From NCBI GenBank assembly GCA_964016885.1, contig OZ024748.1, positions 7,316,001 to 7,380,000 of the forward strand: DNA of 64,000 nucleotides. The letters are read 5' to 3'. The notes below the pieces were generated by a model. The model saw only the letters and a program-made list of their open reading frames with translations, searched no databases and was not told the DNA's origin. This document shows positions 59,982-64,000 of the stretch, piece by piece. Made by a program: the position numbers and the translations under genes. Position 1 is the stretch's first letter. Every line of letters begins with the position of its first letter. This stretch comes from Eledone cirrhosa (lineage: Eukaryota).

Positions 59982-60537
59982 TATGCGGTCATAAACAAGC
60001 CGAACACAGCGGGTCGGTGTAAGGTAGTGTGCCATTCTATGCCACGCATGAATAAGCAACACCTTCAAACTACAGTCGTATTAGGACCATTGTGCCATCT
60101 CCAAGTGACGTATCGAAAATCGGATCACTACTAAATTGTTAGAAATAAGGCAATAAATAAATAAATAATAAAAACAAAATAATAAATCTTTTGTGGTTGT
60201 TCAGAGTATTTTACTGTTGTAGTTGTTGTTGTTGTACTTAGTATATTTGTTGGTCGTCTTCACTCATTGACCATGAATCAATGCAAAAAAAAAACCCACA
60301 ATAAATATCATGGAAAACTAGCAACAAAAATCAGAACAAAAACAACAACAACAACAGAAAACAATAAAAAAAATCTGCTATAAACCTCAAACCTTTTGCA
60401 CTAAACGATCCTGAAAATAAACAAAAGTACACGGGGTTTCGTATTTTTTCTAGCTTCACAACTCTGTGTCTCACTTAGTAAGTAACCCTACCAATGTCCA
60501 TGTAACGAAACAAATAATGCGTCAGTGAAGCAGTGAA

Positions 60538-60675
60538 GGGGCGAGGTTTAGTGGTTAAAGCGATGTACTCACACTCGTGAAGTTATGAGTTCGATTCTTA
60601 GAACAAGCGATGCGTTGTGTCCTTGGGAAAGATATTTTACTTTTCATTTCTCCAGTTAACTAAGCTGGAGAATGC
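60538..60675 (+). mobile_element. tRNA-derived CORE-like SINE
   Basis: A-box aggtttagtggttaa, B-box gagttcgattc, then gttgtgtccttgggaaagat..ctccagttaactaagctg. Confidence 0.7.
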
Positions 60676-60738
60676 AACATCATTTTAAACATCGCAACAT
60701 CATTTTAAACATTGCAACATCATTTTAAACACAACATT
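60674..60738. repeat. 20-bp tandem repeat, 3 copies
   Basis: gcaacatcattttaaacat repeated directly after the SINE. Confidence 0.85.
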
Positions 60739-61616
60739 TTTCTCGCGTCGCTACTCCTTCAGAAATCCTGATATGAGAACCGACACGGCCCTGACAAAAA
60801 AAATCTGGCAATTAAAGGAGAAAGGAGTCCTAAGTAAGATTATTTGGAAAGTACTTGAAAGATCCAGACCATACACCAATGGTACCAAGATATGCCTACT
60901 CAATTCCTTAATAAATATTGCCATCTCTATATTACATACCACCACATAATATTATATATCTACTATAGCTCATGAATACTAACACGTGTACAACTAGTTA
61001 GCTATTTCAAATTGACATCTCTGAGTTATTTCCCTTAGTTATAATACGTTTTTCGTAAACTAGCGTTTTAGAACACTAACTTTTCAGATATTGTCATTAT
61101 TGGGCCTTGAAACTTTAAGTAGCGTTTTTGTTCCGTGTATGAATATATATATATCATAGGCATACAAATACAGAAACATATACACAAAAGCACATAGATT
61201 CGTAGGCATCTAAAGTGGTTTTGCGAATCTCATTTGCAAACATACATCCCTGCCACACACACATACACACACATATATATAAATACACAAACCCACACAT
61301 ATGCCAACAAAATTGTATAATACAACGAACACACCCAAAGACATACATGCATATATATATATATATATATATATATAAACACATATGTGCCAAAGACCTC
61401 ATATAATAAATGAACTCACGGAAATACATATATATATAAACACAAACTCACACACACACATGTACACACATATCTATATATATATATATATACACATAAA
61501 CATTCATGTGTGCCAACAACCTCGTATAATAGATGAACTCACAGAAATACATATATATATACACACAACCACACAAGCATATATATATATATGATGGCTG
61601 CCCCCTCGTTATCGAG

Positions 61617-61673
<57 letters not shown>

Positions 61674-61937
61674 TTATGTATATATACACATATACATAAA
61701 CACAGATAATATGGCCACATTCTCCTATAATAGATTATCCTTAATTCAATTATTCGCAAAATAATTGAAAAAAGTGCAGATAAAATGAAACAAAGAAGAG
61801 AGAAACAAAACAAAAACTACGCAAATATCTTGACACAAAAACACTAAAAAATATTGAATATATAATTTTAGATGAAAAAATAAACTTGCTTAAATTAGAT
61901 TTAATATATGGATGTGTGTATGTATGTGTCTATCCGA

Positions 61938-61987
<50 letters not shown>

Positions 61988-62126
61988 GTGTATATGTATA
62001 TATATATAAAGTCTGCAGTGCTGAGAGAGAGGAGATCACTAATCATAGGAGTACTCAATGTATGCGGATATGCAGAGTAGGTGTATATTGATATCTCTCT
62101 CTGTCTGTCTCTCTCTCGCATTCTCC

Positions 62127-62230
<104 letters not shown>

Positions 62231-62404
62231 TAATCCATGTGACAGTGTGCCTGTAACTTTCAGCAACGATCTCCCATCCCCACGACCTGTCATACTCTTG
62301 GAAATTTCGATTAAATAACTTAGAGCAAACATATAAAATAATATGCAAATTTCTATCTCGAACACACACGTGTACAAACACACACACACACACATATGTA
62401 TGTA

Positions 62405-62527
<123 letters not shown>

Positions 62528-62638
62528 CCATATATATTTATGTATATATACACACATATCCATATATATTTATGTATATATATGTGCATTATACATTTTC
62601 TTTTTAGACGCTTTACTTGTTCTTGTCAGAAGACTGTG

Positions 62639-62700
<62 letters not shown>

Positions 62701-63030
62701 AGGTGTCTTTTGTCGTTGATGTCAAAGGAAAGTTATGTATGGCAGAGTGAGGTGAGATAATATGTAAAACCAATCTAATTTGATAATCTTCGAGGAATGC
62801 GAGAAGGTGTCGCTCCATCTATATATTGGAGGTTTTAATCCAACGTAATGACGAAACATGTCGAAAGTATAGTAACTCGGTTTAAAGTTGTTGACAGACA
62901 ACGTGCACAGAATGTATAGCAGAGATCTAGATGAAACTGGGAGAAGAAAAAACTATAATCTTCATGTCAATGTAAATATGTGTGGTACTGTGTTAGAGTA
63001 TATGTGAGAAGTGTGGGTGTGCAATGTATG

Positions 63031-63135
<105 letters not shown>

Positions 63136-63209
63136 ACGTAAACATATACACACTCTCTCATACACACACACATATATATGCGTATATATATATATATGCA
63201 TATATATAC

Positions 63210-63276
<67 letters not shown>

Positions 63277-63442
63277 CTTATACATATATACCTGTGTACA
63301 TGTATATATATACATATTCATGCATATACATACATATGCGGATTTTAAACAAATTGTTGAATATGTAAATACAAAAGCACCGAGGCAGTACTCAATACAT
63401 GTATTGATATTATATTATATTCTAACCGTAAAACCTTTTCCT

Positions 63443-63518
<76 letters not shown>

Positions 63519-63672
63519 TAACATTTATTAAACTTTATCAAAATAACATTTATTAAACTTTAATCTGTTATTTTAATAAATATTTGCCCTACGGTTCTTA
63601 TATATTTCATATATATTTATCCTTATCGAGCCCTCTTTGGATTTTAGTCTTTAAATTTATTATTATTACTAT

Positions 63673-63831
<159 letters not shown>

Positions 63832-64000
63832 TAACAATAAATGTGAAGACTAAATTCCAAAGAAGATTCTGTTAAGGGTGAATGCAGCGATTCTTTGCTT
63901 CAACCTTAATCTGACATTTTAATAAATATATATATGTATATAAGGAAATGTCCTCAAACAACCCCCCCCCCCCCAATTGCTTTGGCAGTATCCACAAGGG

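Noticed and set aside
60538-60610. tRNA genes at SINE heads (also ~27550-27625, ~36240-36308, ~49523-49600)
   Set aside because: A/B boxes are present but there is no complete cloverleaf, and each continues into a SINE body.

Overview
AT-rich eukaryotic intergenic or intronic DNA dominated by (TA)n/(CA)n/(TACA)n microsatellites. The repeat content suggests an animal, probably a cephalopod such as Octopus (inference). No host protein-coding gene is supportable, and almost all ORFs in the track are artefacts of simple repeats. The main coding feature is an apparently intact, full-length ~6.0 kb Tx1/L1-group LINE on the minus strand (19487-25517; ORF1 with a CCHC knuckle, ORF2 with APE-RT-CCHC). 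It sits in an (AAT)n tract that also holds two independent 5'-truncated R4/Dong-type RLE retrotransposon ends, one on each side. Also present are a decayed CRE-type RLE fragment, about a dozen tRNA-derived SINE copies (Meta-like and CORE-like), a short Tc1/mariner-type MITE family and several minisatellites. The least obvious signal is that many short 'unique' islands between (TA)n tracts are fold-back copies of several short element families carrying whole or partial hammerhead ribozyme motifs (CUGANGA...GAAA...NUH), as known for Penelope-like element ends. One family shows compensatory changes in stem I.
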